A stretch of DNA of 64,000 nucleotides from Trichosphaerium sp. ATCC 40318 (Eukaryota > Protista > Tubulinea). How positions within the stretch are numbered: position 1 is the first letter of the stretch; each line of letters opens with the position of its first letter. This document shows, piece after piece, positions 38,960 through 52,364 of the stretch. The notes below the pieces were generated by a model. It made no database searches and was not told the DNA's origin. It saw nothing but the letters and a program-made list of their open reading frames with translations. Location: NCBI GenBank assembly GCA_038496445.1, contig JALMLS010000354.1:248001-312000 (forward strand), given 5' to 3'. Both the position numbers and the translations under genes were made by a program.

Positions 38960-40252
38960 ATGCTTTGGCTACCGACAGAAATTATATTTTGTATACTGGC
39001 GTTATTAGGCAAGAAATGCCGTATATCAGCAACGTTTGTTTGTAAACTGTTCTCTACAATCATTTTAAAGCATTTGGGGTATTTAACAGTGAACGTAAAG
39101 TCAAGAGAAAGTCTGTTCAAACTACATGAAAGTCCTCTTTTAAAAAATACAAAAGTGATTATTGGTGGTTTTACAATGACTGAAGATGACTTTAAAAATC
39201 TGTCTGGTGTTCATCACCTTGAAATAAAGGATGATGTTTCATTAACAGATGCAATGTTAGAACATATTTCAGCTGTACATCATCTGGAAATGATCATTAC
39301 AAGTGGATGCAACTTGACAGAATCAGGATTTAAGTCACTTCAAGGTATTCATACATTAAGAGTACCATGCAGTCATTTAAATGATGAGTGGCTTCAAGAA
39401 CTTGGTAGCATCCATACAATCAATGTTTCAGGTACAAATATAACAGATAAAGGACTTGCGGCACTCTCTGGAGTTCATACTATTGACTTATCTTATTGTG
39501 ACAACATCACTGACAAAGGTGTCATTGCCATTTCAGGTAATGTACACAAGATAAACCTTGCTGTATGTGATATAACGGACAAAAGTGTAAAAGCACTAAC
39601 AAGTGCAAGTTTCATATCTTTTAGTAACTGTTTCAGTATTACAGATGAAGGAGTAAAGTACCTGTTAACACAAAATCAAACAACTCACAAAATTAAAAAA
39701 ATTATTTTGGGCAACTGCACTCAAATATCAAACAACGTCTTGAAACTTTTGGCTGGTATACCTTGTATAGAGCTTCATGATTGTATACAACTAACAGGTG
39801 ATACTTTATCATGTTTGGCAGGTGTACAGCATATTGATTTGAATAGTTGTACTTCAGTATCAAATGACGGGATAAAACAATTGGCAGGTGTAAAAGTGAT
39901 TGATATTTCTTTTCTTGACTGTGTTGATGATAGTACTTTAAAGGCACTTGCTGGAGTACATACAATCATGCTTGATGAAACTCATGTGACAGATGAGGGT
40001 TTATGCTCTTTGAGGGATGTTAAAATTATTAGTCTTCATGGCTGCAACAAGATAACAGACAAAGGAGTGAGCAGTCTTATTGGTGTTAATAAAATTGACC
40101 TGTCAAACTGCTTTCAAATAACAGATGAGGGCGTTGTTAATTTAACAAGTATTGAATGCATTAATTATAGCGACACTCAAATAACAAAAAGAATGGTTGA
40201 TCATCTAGGATGTAAAAATACTGATGGAGTAATATGGCCTGATTTTTATTAA
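38960..40252 (+). CDS. Intronless F-box + LRR protein, copy 2 (recent paralog of 20977-22311)
   Basis: MLWLPTEIIFCILALL; near-identical DNA to copy 1 over about 1 kb, divergent and one repeat longer at the C-terminus. Confidence 0.87.
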   Translation: MLWLPTEIIFCILALLGKKCRISATFVCKLFSTIILKHLGYLTVNVKSRESLFKLHESPLLKNTKVIIGGFTMTEDDFKNLSGVHHLEIKDDVSLTDAMLEHISAVHHLEMIITSGCNLTESGFKSLQGIHTLRVPCSHLNDEWLQELGSIHTINVSGTNITDKGLAALSGVHTIDLSYCDNITDKGVIAISGNVHKINLAVCDITDKSVKALTSASFISFSNCFSITDEGVKYLLTQNQTTHKIKKIILGNCTQISNNVLKLLAGIPCIELHDCIQLTGDTLSCLAGVQHIDLNSCTSVSNDGIKQLAGVKVIDISFLDCVDDSTLKALAGVHTIMLDETHVTDEGLCSLRDVKIISLHGCNKITDKGVSSLIGVNKIDLSNCFQITDEGVVNLTSIECINYSDTQITKRMVDHLGCKNTDGVIWPDFY

Positions 40253-40789
40253 AGTAATATTGTACTTTGATTGTTGACAAGCACATGTCACTGAAATAAA
40301 CAAAAGTTATGGGTTAGACTCTGTTTGCTATAGAGGAGAATAATTATGAAAAGGTGATACAAACGATTGCTGTACGTATGATATTAAAGGAATAAGCGAT
40401 TTAGAGAAATCCCAACATCATCATTTTTTAACTCATTAAAAAACAAGAGGACTGTTTTTTTTTTGTTTTTTTTGACAAAATAGTGTTGTTTTGACTCCAT
40501 ATGCAGGCTTCTGCCAACAAACAAAACTTTATAGATCAACAACATGTTGTTGTGAAATGAAAATAATTAGTATCAAGCGGATAATAAGGATCAGGTCTTT
40601 ACTATGAGTGCACGTGAACGAATATGATGTGAAAGATGATATCATTTTTGTCCCACCTAGCTACTGTCGTGGTATGTAGGTGTATACAGTGGTCTCCACT
40701 TTTGATCGGTTCTGTAGACATAAGCAAGTTGAGAGGTATTCTTAGTAGATTGTTTATTAATAAAATGGATTAAAACAATGGTTGTCAGG

Positions 40790-42485
40790 CTATTGTACAA
40801 GCGGATTAAAGCAAGCATTGTCAATGTATTCTCGAGTCTTCGCACAAAGTAATGCTTGACTGGCACGTGAAAACCTATCATGTTCTGTTCCTCTAGAACG
40901 TAAAGTGTTAGTCATTATTTATTCCTGTAACATCAAAAACATACTCCCCAGGTTGTACTGGTCCTAAAATACCATCAGGATCTCCAAGAACACCCATTAC
41001 TCTCCCTAAAAGATTCCCAATCATACGTGGAGACACCCAGCTATTAGCATAGCGGGCTGACACTGCTGCCTGTTTCACAAGTTAATGTGTACAATACCGC
41101 AACTTGTTCTGTCGTACACCTTGACAAGGCCTTTCAGAGCTAAGAGTACCAAAGTCTTCTTTGCAATTGTGAAACAATACACCTGCAGCTGATTCCCCAC
41201 AACATTGAGGAATTGTGGCTCTCCATGTACCTTTAAAAGAGTTGAATGGGTTTGTAACACATTCGCTTGCTGGATTCCAAGGAACGACACCTTGACAAAT
41301 TGTGAGGTTAGGTTTAGCAGTTGGTGATTGAACCTCCAGTTGTAAATATCAAAGCGCTTTGTATAGTTAGATGGGTATTCTAATCAACAATGAACTTTAA
41401 CAAATAAGAGGATCCTTGTACTAGGTCTTGTTCAAAGAAAACATTGGCACGTGTGATAACTAAAATTTATTAGAACTGGCTTTTAGATTGTATTGCGTTA
41501 CCATTTGCAATGTAACTTGCTGTCTTTTCTATTGTACCAAGTGTTTTAAAGTAAGCCACTGTTGCTGTAACGCTCTAATCATACCGTAAACATTTTTTCT
41601 TTTTTCAAAAGCAGTACAAGAGCGTAATCGTGGAGTGCAGATGGACAAGGAGAAGGAGGTGGAGAGTATGGCAATGTTTCACCTGTAGGAAATCCACGTT
41701 TTACAGCTGTTGAAGGTATACTTTCTCTAAACATACTGTAAAAAGTAGGTATTGGTTGGATGGTAAGTACCTTAACATCACGTGACTGGCGTTTCCAATC
41801 TTATCAATATGATGTTGTCTCATGAACGGTTTGTGGCTTTAGAAAGAAGTATTAGACCGTTTTTAAAAGAGTGGAAGTTACTTACGTGTTTACAGAATCA
41901 AAATGAATCCATTCAGTCTTGTTGTTATTATTCGTCATCATTTGAAAGAATCCAATAAAAGTACCATCAGAGTGTGATGTCATTCTAAAGTGTCTGTGGT
42001 TCTCTCCAATACCTTTGTATGTAGTTGAAGGTACGTCTATGTACGTAATATTAATGCCATCATGGATGGCAATCTTGAGATAGAACGTTACTGGAAATTA
42101 CTACTTTTTGAAAACACGTGGTTTCTGAATAAATCTTGAACCACGTTAGGTGTACCTTTGTGTTTGGTGCGTATGGATTGTGTTTAATACATCTAAAGGT
42201 GAGGATAGACTCAAAAGTATGAAAAACAACTTCAAATTCGAAATCTCTTTTTTCTCCTTTTGGGTTGGTAACCAAAACTGATCATAGAACGATAAGTACG
42301 CTGTGATTTTCTTTGTCGTACTTTTTGATACGACGCCAAAATCGTCTGTATTATCCCAAAAAGATGTATCGTACGCCCACGTGATTATTATACACGTAAA
42401 TACTTTAAACAAAGAGTTATTATTGCTTGAATACGATATTTATAACTGTTGGGAGCGTACCCATGAGTAAAATGGCACAATTCAT
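40790..42485 (-). CDS. Secreted ADAM/reprolysin-like pseudo-protease, paralog B
   Basis: Same exon structure as paralog A; motif region reads MIGNLLGRVMGVLGD; ends FNPLVQ*. Confidence 0.6.
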
Positions 42486-42920
42486 ATTGCTTTTGGTTAG
42501 TCTTATTATTATGTATAGTGGTGTACAACACCTAAGTATTGGGCACGACGGGTGGATTTATCCGAAATAGTGAACAACAATTGTGTACCAAAGTATTGAG
42601 AGTAAAAAACACTTGTGTATATTCTGTAACAAACTTCTTTGGCAGATATGATTGGTACAAAACGTAAATGGAATGGAAATATACGTGGGAGTGCCGGCGT
42701 AAAAAAACGCAACCATTGAGTGGCTATTATGGATGTAAATACTTTGATCAGATTGTTCAACTTATTACTTTGCCTCACAATCTAATTTTGCTTTCTGGCT
42801 AACAATTAATGCTTGAAACGTTTCGAATGATGTGCACAAACCAATGTGTTTTAGTGTTTATTTTCAGTTACTTTTCGATCACGTGACAAAATACAAAAAC
42901 TCAATTTTTTTTGATTGGGA

Positions 42921-44008
42921 TTATACTTGAAACTTCTGAGTGCCATCCATAACAGCTGGTTCTTTTGGCTTTTCTAATTGTTTTTTCCAGTACTTAATTT
43001 TTAAATCGGTTAATTCTTCTTGTTTCAATAGGTAGTCGCCATATCCGAAAGAATCAGCGACGAGTCTTCCCTAAAATAAAGATCAATAAAAACCAAGCCA
43101 AACAAATTCAAAAAAACTCGATTTGACTTACCACTGTAGCACGTGCTTGGGAACGCCATATATCTGTACAGAAAGTCCAGAATGATCCCCAAATACCTGC
43201 AAAAGGTGCAACTCTTTGTATTGTCAAGGATAGTGATTGTTATTTCGAAAAAAACTCCAAGCTCTTTCGGGTATTTAACAGAAAAGCAAGCTTCCCAAAA
43301 GCAAAAAAACCAAAAACTCAAGGTGAGGATACAATAAACCAAGTAGAAGCCACAATACCATGAAAATCTCAAAAGTCCATCGGTAAAGGAAGTTTGATGA
43401 TTTAATCAAGTAAGAAGTTACAACACGTGCGTTACCATCGTAATAGTAGTCCTCTAAGAAAAGAATTGTAAGTTACAAATTTCCAACGACATATTTTGTC
43501 CACACAATAGCAAAAATACACGAAAGAGGTTTTTTCCTTGCCGCTAGGCGATGAGTTGATTCTTTATGAAGCGCGAAAAGCAATTTCTGAGTAAAGAGAG
43601 TTTGGCGCATGACATAAGAGAAGAACCCGCCCTAATGGTCCCAATGGCGTAAAACGGCCAGAGAAAGAGTAATGGGTGGAAAACTGGCGAGAAAATAGCT
43701 AAATTGTTTTAAAATAACGTACTCTCCCTGTACATGGATATACGAGGTTCATGATGGAACCATTTGACGTTATGGCTATCAGTAGACGTTAGTAATTGCT
43801 TTGTAAAATAAAAACCACAAAACGTTTGTTTTTGGCACGACACGTACTCATCCTGCGTTCTGTGCACTTCAAAGTACGTTTGCATTACAGGTGGATTTAG
43901 TATTGGCTGCTGTTGATTGCCACGAGCATAAGTCTGTGGCTGTGCACCGTAGTTTGCTGGTGTACCATTCTGGTAACTTTGTTGATTATAGGTTGGCGTT
44001 GGTTGCAT
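42921..44008 (-). CDS. Hypothetical membrane protein with Q/P/Y-rich N-terminus
   Basis: Exon MQPTPTYNQQSYQNG..., canonical splice sites, hydrophobic internal exons, final exon GRLVADSFGYGDYLL..KFQV*. Confidence 0.5.
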
Positions 44009-44342
44009 CGTTTCTGGTTAGATCTTGGGTAATGCTTGCAAGAATGATTAGGGCAGGTAGTCAAGATTTTTCTGCGGGAAAAATGCTTTCCTTTTTTAAG
44101 TAGTTTGCTGAAAGCGCCAAGCATTACGTTATTTCATTCCCAAAAATAATGTCCTTCAAAGAATATAAAATGCGAGAGTCGTTGGTTGTTATTGTTGTAA
44201 TTGGAAGCTCTTTCTACGGTCTTTCAAGGACGCTTTTTATTGAAGGAAGTTATCCTTTTTTTTTGTATGTTTTCCTTCCTATCTCAGCTAACTCAGCGTG
44301 TTGAAACGTCTTCAAGACTAAATCACTACACAGCACGTAAGT

Positions 44343-46156
44343 TTATTGGACAAGCGGATTAAAGCAAGCATTGTCAATGTATTCTCGAGTCTTCGCGCAA
44401 AGTAATGCTTGACTGGCACGTGAAAACCTATCATGTTCTGTTCCTCTAGAACGTAAAGTGTTAGTCATTATTCCTGTAATATCAAAAACATACTCCCCAG
44501 GTTGTACTGGTCCTAAAATACCATCAGGATCTCCAATTACATCCATTACTCTTCCTAGAGTATGTCCAAGATTTCGTCGAGACACCCAGCTATTGGCATA
44601 GCGGTTATAACCAAGTGCCTATTATCTATTAATACTTATGTAAATGTATTCTAGTATTGCCGTACACCTTGACAAGGTGTTCTCCCAAGGGCGCCAACGT
44701 GCCCTTCGCAATTGTGAAACAATACGCCTGCAGCTGATTCCCCGCAACATTGAGGAATGGCGGTTCTCCAGGTATCTCTAAAAGATGCATAGGGGCTTGT
44801 AACACATTCAGGTGAACCACGCTCAAGGTTCCATGCGTAAGACCCTTTTTTTTATGAGTTACAACGATAGAACAGTTGGCGCTACTCGAACCTTGAGATG
44901 TAAATATCAAAGCGTTTTGTATTGTCAAGTGAACATTCTAATCAAAAAATAAGCCAACATCACAAAGTGAGGATTATTGTACCAAGTCTTGTTCGAAGAA
45001 AACATTGGCACCCATGACAACTAAAATATCCTTGTTTCAAAAACAGATTTAAATTCATTCTCCTCATACCGTTTGCAATGTAACTTGCTGTCTTTTCGAT
45101 ACTACCAAGTGTTTTAAAGTAAGCCACTGTTGCTGCAAAACTCTAAACATTCATAAATCAATGCACTCTTAGACTTGTTTGTAGAGCGTACGAGGGTGTA
45201 TGCATACAGAGATGTTGGGCATGGTGAAGGAGGTGGAAAGTATGGTAATGTTTCACCTGTAGGAAATCCTCGTTTTACAGCTGGTGAAGGTATAATTTCT
45301 CTAAACAGACTTTGAAAAAGTAGGTATTGGTTGGATGGTAAGTACCTTAACATCACGTGACTGGCGTTTCCAATCTTATCAATATGACGTTGTCTCATGA
45401 ACGGTTTGTGGCTTTAGAAAGTAGTATTAGACCGTTTTTAAAAGAGTGGAGGTTACTCACGTGTTTACAGAATCAAAATGAATCCATTCAGTCTTGTTGT
45501 TGTTATTCGTCATCATTTGAAAGAATCCAATAAAAGTACCATCAGAGTGTGATGTCATTCTAAAGTGTCTGTGGTTCTCTCCAATACCTTTGTACGTGGT
45601 CGAAGGTACGTCTATGTACGTAATATTAATGCCATCATGGACACCAATCTTCGACAGGATTAGTAACGAGTACAAGTACTCAAAAAAGCGTGAAGATTTT
45701 TCCTGAGCCTGGTATTTCAAGAGAATTTCGGATCAGGTAAAAGTCCGAAAGTGTTCGAAAAAAAAAAGCCCGAAAAAAGTACTACGAGGTTTTCGAAGCG
45801 TTAGATGTACCTTTGTATCTGGTGCGTATGGGCTGTGTTTAATACATCTAAAGGTGAGGACAGACTCTAAGGCATGAAGAACAACTTCAAATTCAGTAAT
45901 CTCTGTTGGACCTGTTCTTGCGCCATTTCGCAGAGGTGTAACCGATGCTGCGACGATACATTAATCGGTAAAAATCAATAAAACGACATTTTCTTGCCGT
46001 ACTTTTGGATACAGTACTAAAGTCGCTTGTTTTATCCCAAAAATATTGGTTGTAACCCCACGTGATTAGCATCGCGTTAAATACTGTAAACAAACTCAAT
46101 TTTTATGTAGAGTTAAAGGCATTAACCATACCTAGCAATAAAATGGTATTCCGCAT
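44343..46156 (-). CDS. Secreted ADAM/reprolysin-like pseudo-protease, paralog C
   Basis: Same exon structure; signal peptide MRNTILLLVFNAMLITWG; motif region NLGHTLGRVMDVIGD; ends FNPLVQ*. Confidence 0.6.
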
Positions 46157-46256
46157 CGTTTGATGACGAATGTTGGTTTTTCGTTTACGATTACCATTGA
46201 CTTACTGTAGAAAAAAACGTGCACAGAATACATCGTTTTAGAAAGTAAGATCTTTA

Positions 46257-47935
46257 TTAAAAGCGTATGATTGGATTATCAATATAAATTATGACGCCAC
46301 TGGCGTAATCTACATTGTACAATATTGGTTTGATTGATCTAATTCGGGTATCACTAGGTACAACAAACTCAAAATGATAAAGTTCTGATGTAGTGGTGTT
46401 TGTTATCTCAACGTCTCCGTTTGTAATATCACCAAGAACGCCAGGAATTATAGCACCTGTTTCATCAGCAGTGTAGAACCTTACATTCAAATGCTTACCC
46501 AGCATTGAAGCGCGAAGTGATAGATACATCCTCATAGTAGCTCCAGGTTCCGTGCGGATAACACCATTGTAAAATCCAGAGTATGAACTCCCTTCTATTT
46601 TGAGACAAGGAGAATTGTCAACTCCGTTTGTTGGAGAGTATCCACCACTCGTCATATACCATGGAGCAACGTCTTGATCAAAATTCTCGTTCTCCATCAT
46701 GTTGGCAATATCATAAGAAAACTCAACGTGACTTGAAGGGTTAACTGTTGCTGTAGCTTGTGGTAGACCGAAGTTTTCTGGAAGTGTTACTGTTGTAGTA
46801 TCATTTCCTAAATTACTAACAAGAATACGAACATTGTTCTTATACCTAACACCACTCCACGTGACACCTGTTGTCTTTTCTGTTTCTAAATTAAACAAAG
46901 AAGTTGGCTCAGAACCAAAGTATCTGTTTAAACTATTCCAAACATCAAGCATGTCACGTCTTTGCTCACTTGCTGTATACTGTTTTATCCACGATTCTTG
47001 AGGGAACTTGTTGAGATTGTCTATGTATACAATCAATCTTGCAAATCCATCAGCACCCCTCATCCTGAGGTGCTTAAGAAGCATTAAGTGATCTTCTTTT
47101 GGAGGTACAATTGTAGGCATTTCAAACCTTGCTATTGGTCCGCTAACCCAAGGTATAAGTATATGACCTTCAGGAAGAGCTTTATAAGCAGTTGAAAGTA
47201 ACTCAACAGGACCCCATAACAGCGCAGCACGTATATTAGGCGCTGTGTTATTCAGGTAGCAACATGGATGATCTATAGTGTGAACGTAATAGAATCCATA
47301 CGGATAACAATTAGGCTGTGCAATTGTCATTCCGCTTTCTCTGTAGAAAGTATCTTTTGCTGTATTGTTCTGAGAGGAAGGGTAACTCCCAGGGATAGTG
47401 AGGCCAGGGTGGTAAGCGTAGTTACCAATCATTGCGTTGCTGACGTTTGGGTTTGAGCTTGCACGTACAATTCTTATAACTTCAAGCATTTCTTCCATAT
47501 TCTGGGTTAAGTTTCCTTCAAGATCAGCTAGAAGAAGATCCATCGCTTCTGCATTATCGACCATATTCTGCACATCATTTATGTTGTTTGGGGTACCGTA
47601 CAAAGGAGATGATGGGTGTCGGATCATAGCTGACGCGTATCGTCCCTTTTCATGTTCTTCTGACCAAACTCTTAGCGGATAAGGGTGAGCACTACCATAG
47701 TCTTGTAGGTGAGGCACAGGGATGATACCAGCGCCGTCTACCCAATCCTTGTAGTTTTCTTCACCCATCTGCGCTTTTAATAAGTATCTCGCTTGGCTGT
47801 GGTCTTTAAAAGCTTTATAGTACGTACTTGAGCGTGATGGCGTACAGACCAATCAAAGAAGTATCCGGTTGGCTCTAGAGCATGTACGACGCATACAGAC
47901 ACTACAAATACGCATAAAAGATGCATAGATCGCAT
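46257..47935 (-). CDS. Secreted protein with one intron; possible glycoside-hydrolase-like N-domain and CBM4/9-like C-terminal domain
   Basis: Signal peptide MRSMHLLCVFVVSVCVVHA; a single ~500-codon exon; C-terminal NMMENENFD..W...IYIDN beta-sandwich signature. Confidence 0.6.
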
Positions 47936-48404
47936 TAGAAGTGGCAATTGTGGTTGTCTTGATTTGGTTTAAGCCTCATGAGCGAACGTCCTAATTAAGA
48001 GCTCCTTTCTGTTTTTGTGACTTTTAACTTAAACCGTATTTATGCCAAAACAGCATTGATATGTTTCTGCAAGTACGGTACGTTCAAATCTCGGAAGTGT
48101 GTTTGGAATATACGAAAATCAGTGTCCTAAAGCAGTTCGAAACTTTCTCTTGTAATTGTAAGAGTTCAATGATCACAACAAACAAATGACAGGTGCTGAT
48201 TTGTCACCACTCAAGGTTCACTGCTTCTTCACTTTGGTGGTTGATTATAGTGTTCAATAGTTCGTTCCATGGAACCATGCTCTTAAGAGATATTACTCAG
48301 AAAGTTGTAAATGAGTCAGCAAACAAACTACAAAAAGTAAAGCTTGTAGGTTTTCGACTGAAAACTCGCACTTTTCTCGTACATAAGAAATCTTGAGCTA
48401 CATC

Positions 48405-51212
48405 ATGGGTGTAGACTCTGCGTATAATTCATTCGATACGCTCGCTGGGTTATGTACTAGAGTTATAGCGGCAAATTTAGCGTCGTTTACGAAGACTTTA
48501 ACGCTTCCCAATAATTTATTACAAAATATCTTAAAAACAGCTATATCACTGCGTACTCTAACGAATAATACTCTTCGTTTGTTTATTCAACCACATGTAA
48601 CTTCTCTTGACTTGAGCGACGTTGCTACGGATTTAAATGGTATAAAACAGCTTAATAATACCACTGATATGCTATAGATGACTCTTTAACACAAATTGCT
48701 TCATTGTCACAATTAACGTCACTGAACCTTTACAGAAACCTTGGCTACACTGAAGAGAAGCTTAAAAGGCTATTTTCTGTATCTAAACGGTTAACAATCT
48801 TAGACTTGACGAGATGTAGTAACATTACAGGCAAGTTTTTTTTGACGTCGCTTTTGAAGTTTTAATCTCTTTGGATCTGACTCTTTTAGATGATGTTTTA
48901 AGTATTATTGCGAGTAATTGTAATGATCTCGGACATTTGGTACTTAATAGATGCCGTACAATGACCAATAAAAGCCTTATAAACTTGAGCCAAGGTAATG
49001 ATAAAAAAACTAATCTCATTTTATTCTTACTGTCAACAGGTTGCAAAAACTTGAAAGTGTTGAGTCTGTTTGGATGTAAAAAATTAACTAATAATGGATT
49101 TATACCCTTATTTGCCCATTGCACAAAGCTAGAAAATCTAGACTTATCACAGTACGATTACTGCAACTTTTGGTGAAAAGTGTGAGTTGACTTTTTTGTT
49201 ATTTAAAGATGTTCGTATGTAGACTCTGAAACATTGCTTTGCCTTGCACAACATTGTAAGAGGACTTTAACTATTTTAAAATATACTAATTTTCTTATAG
49301 GTACAGACTTGAAGAAGCTACATTTAGCAAAGGACAGGAAGGTTACAGATCACGGTTTGTTAGGTAGTTAAAAAAAGTTGCTGAGTATTTTTTATTGCAA
49401 CTTATGTCGCTCTAAGCAATTGCAAAGCACTGCACGTCTCTTTCATATCTTGATTTGGCTTTTCAAAATAAAATATCAGCGTATGCTCTTCGCATGGCGT
49501 TTAAAGGTATACTTAACTTCGAACCCTGTGCTCATAACTAAAGTGTATATTTAGCACTGACAAATTTGACTATGTTGTATCTACCTTGTTGTGCGAATGT
49601 AACAAATCCTGTATTAGCTATGATAGCAAAGGCAACTGATTTAAAGAGGCTATATATATCAAAACAAACAGAAATTACAGATGCTGGATTGCTTTCATTA
49701 GCAAAAAGTTGTACAAAGTTGGAAGTTTTGTGCGTTATTTTGATCCTTGAACAAAGAGCTTTGAGTGAAGTTTACCACCTTGTAGAAATTTAGCCAAATG
49801 TACGCCCATAACAGATGTGTGTATCACAAAAGTGGTTGAGTATTGTACTGGTCTGCGCGCGCTATATATTGGTAATTGTACCTTGACAGAGGCTTCTATG
49901 ACAGCGATAAGCATTAACCTACCAAATCTTACTGTTTTTGAAACGAATCAATGTGCGTCTCTTAACCAATTATCTTGTTATCATTAATCTAATCTAGGCA
50001 GTGATATGATTACTACAGATTCTATGAATACGTTCGGAGATGCATTCAGGGGCAAGTATGTTGATTCGCTGGACTTTTGTAGAACGCAATTTGGACTATC
50101 AGAAGTGAATGCTATTTGTCAACTTAAAGCAATTCGCTGCTTGTCAGTCCCAGAAACACAAATTGATGATACGTGTATAGAATTAATATGCAAGCAATTT
50201 CCAAACATGCACATTTTGAATGTATCACGTGCGTCTTACGAAGAAAACAGTTAAGCATTTTTGAAGTTTATTCTTCTCTTAGATTGTCCCATATCTGAAT
50301 TGTCAGTAAAGCACGTGTTCGAACACATGACACAACTCAAAGCGCTTTATGTGGCTAATTGTAATTTATCCAATGACATTGAAATTACAGAGCACGTTGT
50401 TGAACCAAAATTCGTTTCTTTATTCATTTGGTAACGTCTTTAGGGTTGCATTGACACTACCAACACTTGAGCTATTAGTCTTTTCAGATAACAAGTCGTT
50501 AAAATCAAGTTTGATCCAAAGCGTAACAAGAAAATGTCCAAACCTTCTTTCTATTCATCTCAAAGGTAGTGGTTGAAGAGCAACGCCTCGTTGTACATAC
50601 TAATCTATTTCATAGGATGTTCAGATGACGTTCATGATAGAACAGTAATGGATATTTGTAAATATTGTACAAGCTTGCAAAGCATTGATTTGGGATTTTG
50701 TAAAAACGTTAGTAATGCAATTTGCTTGCTTTTTTTTCTTTCTTTTTTCTTACATTGCTGGTCTTTATTCTATTTTTAGGTTACAGATACTTCTATGGTG
50801 CACTTGGCAACGCTAAAGCATCTTCTTACAGTAACTGTAAAGAGTGTACCTTTGTTAACAGATAGTGGCATGATAAACCTTGTGCAGTGTAAAGCCCTCT
50901 CGTATTTGGGTATTTCAGAATGTCCTCTTATATCTGATAAATCATTTGATACAATAATGACGTCCTGTACGATACGTTCATTTCATATTTCTTGAAGTTT
51001 TATTCTTAATATTGTTGTAGGCCCTTCATTGAACTCTATATTTGTAACAGGAACAAGGGTACAAAAAGCGAAGTTTTTTCTAAAGCTTTGGTATTTTGTC
51101 ACTTTGCTAACATCGTTCTGTTAAGGTTTCACTAACTAAAGTTCTGTTTTGGAGAGAGAAAAAGCCTAATGCGCTTATTGAAAAGAAGCATATAGGTGTT
51201 AGGAATCAATAA
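48405..51212 (+). CDS. AMN1/Rad7-like cysteine-containing LRR protein (intron-rich)
   Basis: DTLAGLCTRVIAANL..LPNNLLQNIL..PHVTSLDLS N-terminus; many LxxLxLxxCxxITD repeats over many short exons. Confidence 0.8.
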
Positions 51213-51539
51213 ACCGCTCATTTTTAAACAACTAAATAAATTAGTGCCTGTTTCAGGACTAGGTGTTTGTGGGCGGGGCTGTGTTATGTTACATGCAGTA
51301 ATACACAACAAGTGTAACGAAGTAGTATTGACTGTGTTTTACCACAGCTGTAAGTTGCACATCGTTACTGCGTTCACAATTTGTTTGTATAAAACTAGCA
51401 ACCAACACATAATTATACTACAGAGCAACTAACTCGAATGCTCGTGTTCGGAAAGAAGTTTACTATTTATTTTCGGTAATTCAATGTACTTCAAAGTTCT
51501 GCGAAAATGATAATTAAGGAATGACAGAAAGCAGGTGTA

Positions 51540-52364
51540 TCAGTTTTGCATAGCTTCAAGAGTTCTTTTGAGGTCATCAATAGAGCCATTACTGATTACA
51601 ACAGAAGAACTACCATTCGCTATAATAAAATGGTATTTGAGCTGTCCATCTTCATCCCATATCTTACAATCTCCGTTTAGCTTATTATTCTTGTACTCCC
51701 TTTCAAGGCACTTCTTACCATCTTCTGCGAAAGTTACATGCTTCCCATGTTTTTCGCCTTTCTTCATGGAAAAAACACATGATTTCCCATTTGTATACCA
51801 CTCTTTGCACTCACCTGTAAACTCTCCTTCTTCATCATAACAGTGAACAAGTTTCATCTTTCCATCTTCATACCATTCTTTATGTTCTCCTTGCTGCTTG
51901 CCATCATACATTGTAAATAACATACACAACTGTCCATTGGAATGCCATCCTTTGTATTCTCCTTCTGGTTTACCACTTCTCATATTACAATGTGCAGCAA
52001 GCTTACCGTTTCGGTGCCATTGCTTAAAATCACCTTCATGTTTATCATCCTTCATGAAACAGAGAGTGAGCAGTTGGCCGTTTTCATACCGTTCTTTGAA
52101 CTCGCCATTTTTTCTACCTTCTTTCATTGTACACTTTACTTCCCACATACCACTTGACATCCATTTTTGCCATAGACCACATTTGTTAAGATTAGCATCA
52201 AAGTGAGTACTCAATGCAGCTTTTTTTGATAGCAAATGATACTTTGTAAAAGCGCCATGACCATACGAACAAATAAGCCGTTGAATGTCACTTGGCAAGT
52301 CATGTATTTTCAACGAGTAACTAGGTTTCCAAGTATTTTGCCGTTTACGCTTATTAACGGACAT
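51540..52364 (-). CDS. Intronless F-box-like + MORN-variant repeat protein, copy 2
   Basis: MSVNKRKR..IHDLPSDIQRLIC..LLSK; repeats of MKxGKxxGExKxW(H/Y)xNGxL. Confidence 0.82.
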   Translation of the reverse strand: MSVNKRKRQNTWKPSYSLKIHDLPSDIQRLICSYGHGAFTKYHLLSKKAALSTHFDANLNKCGLWQKWMSSGMWEVKCTMKEGRKNGEFKERYENGQLLTLCFMKDDKHEGDFKQWHRNGKLAAHCNMRSGKPEGEYKGWHSNGQLCMLFTMYDGKQQGEHKEWYEDGKMKLVHCYDEEGEFTGECKEWYTNGKSCVFSMKKGEKHGKHVTFAEDGKKCLEREYKNNKLNGDCKIWDEDGQLKYHFIIANGSSSVVISNGSIDDLKRTLEAMQN

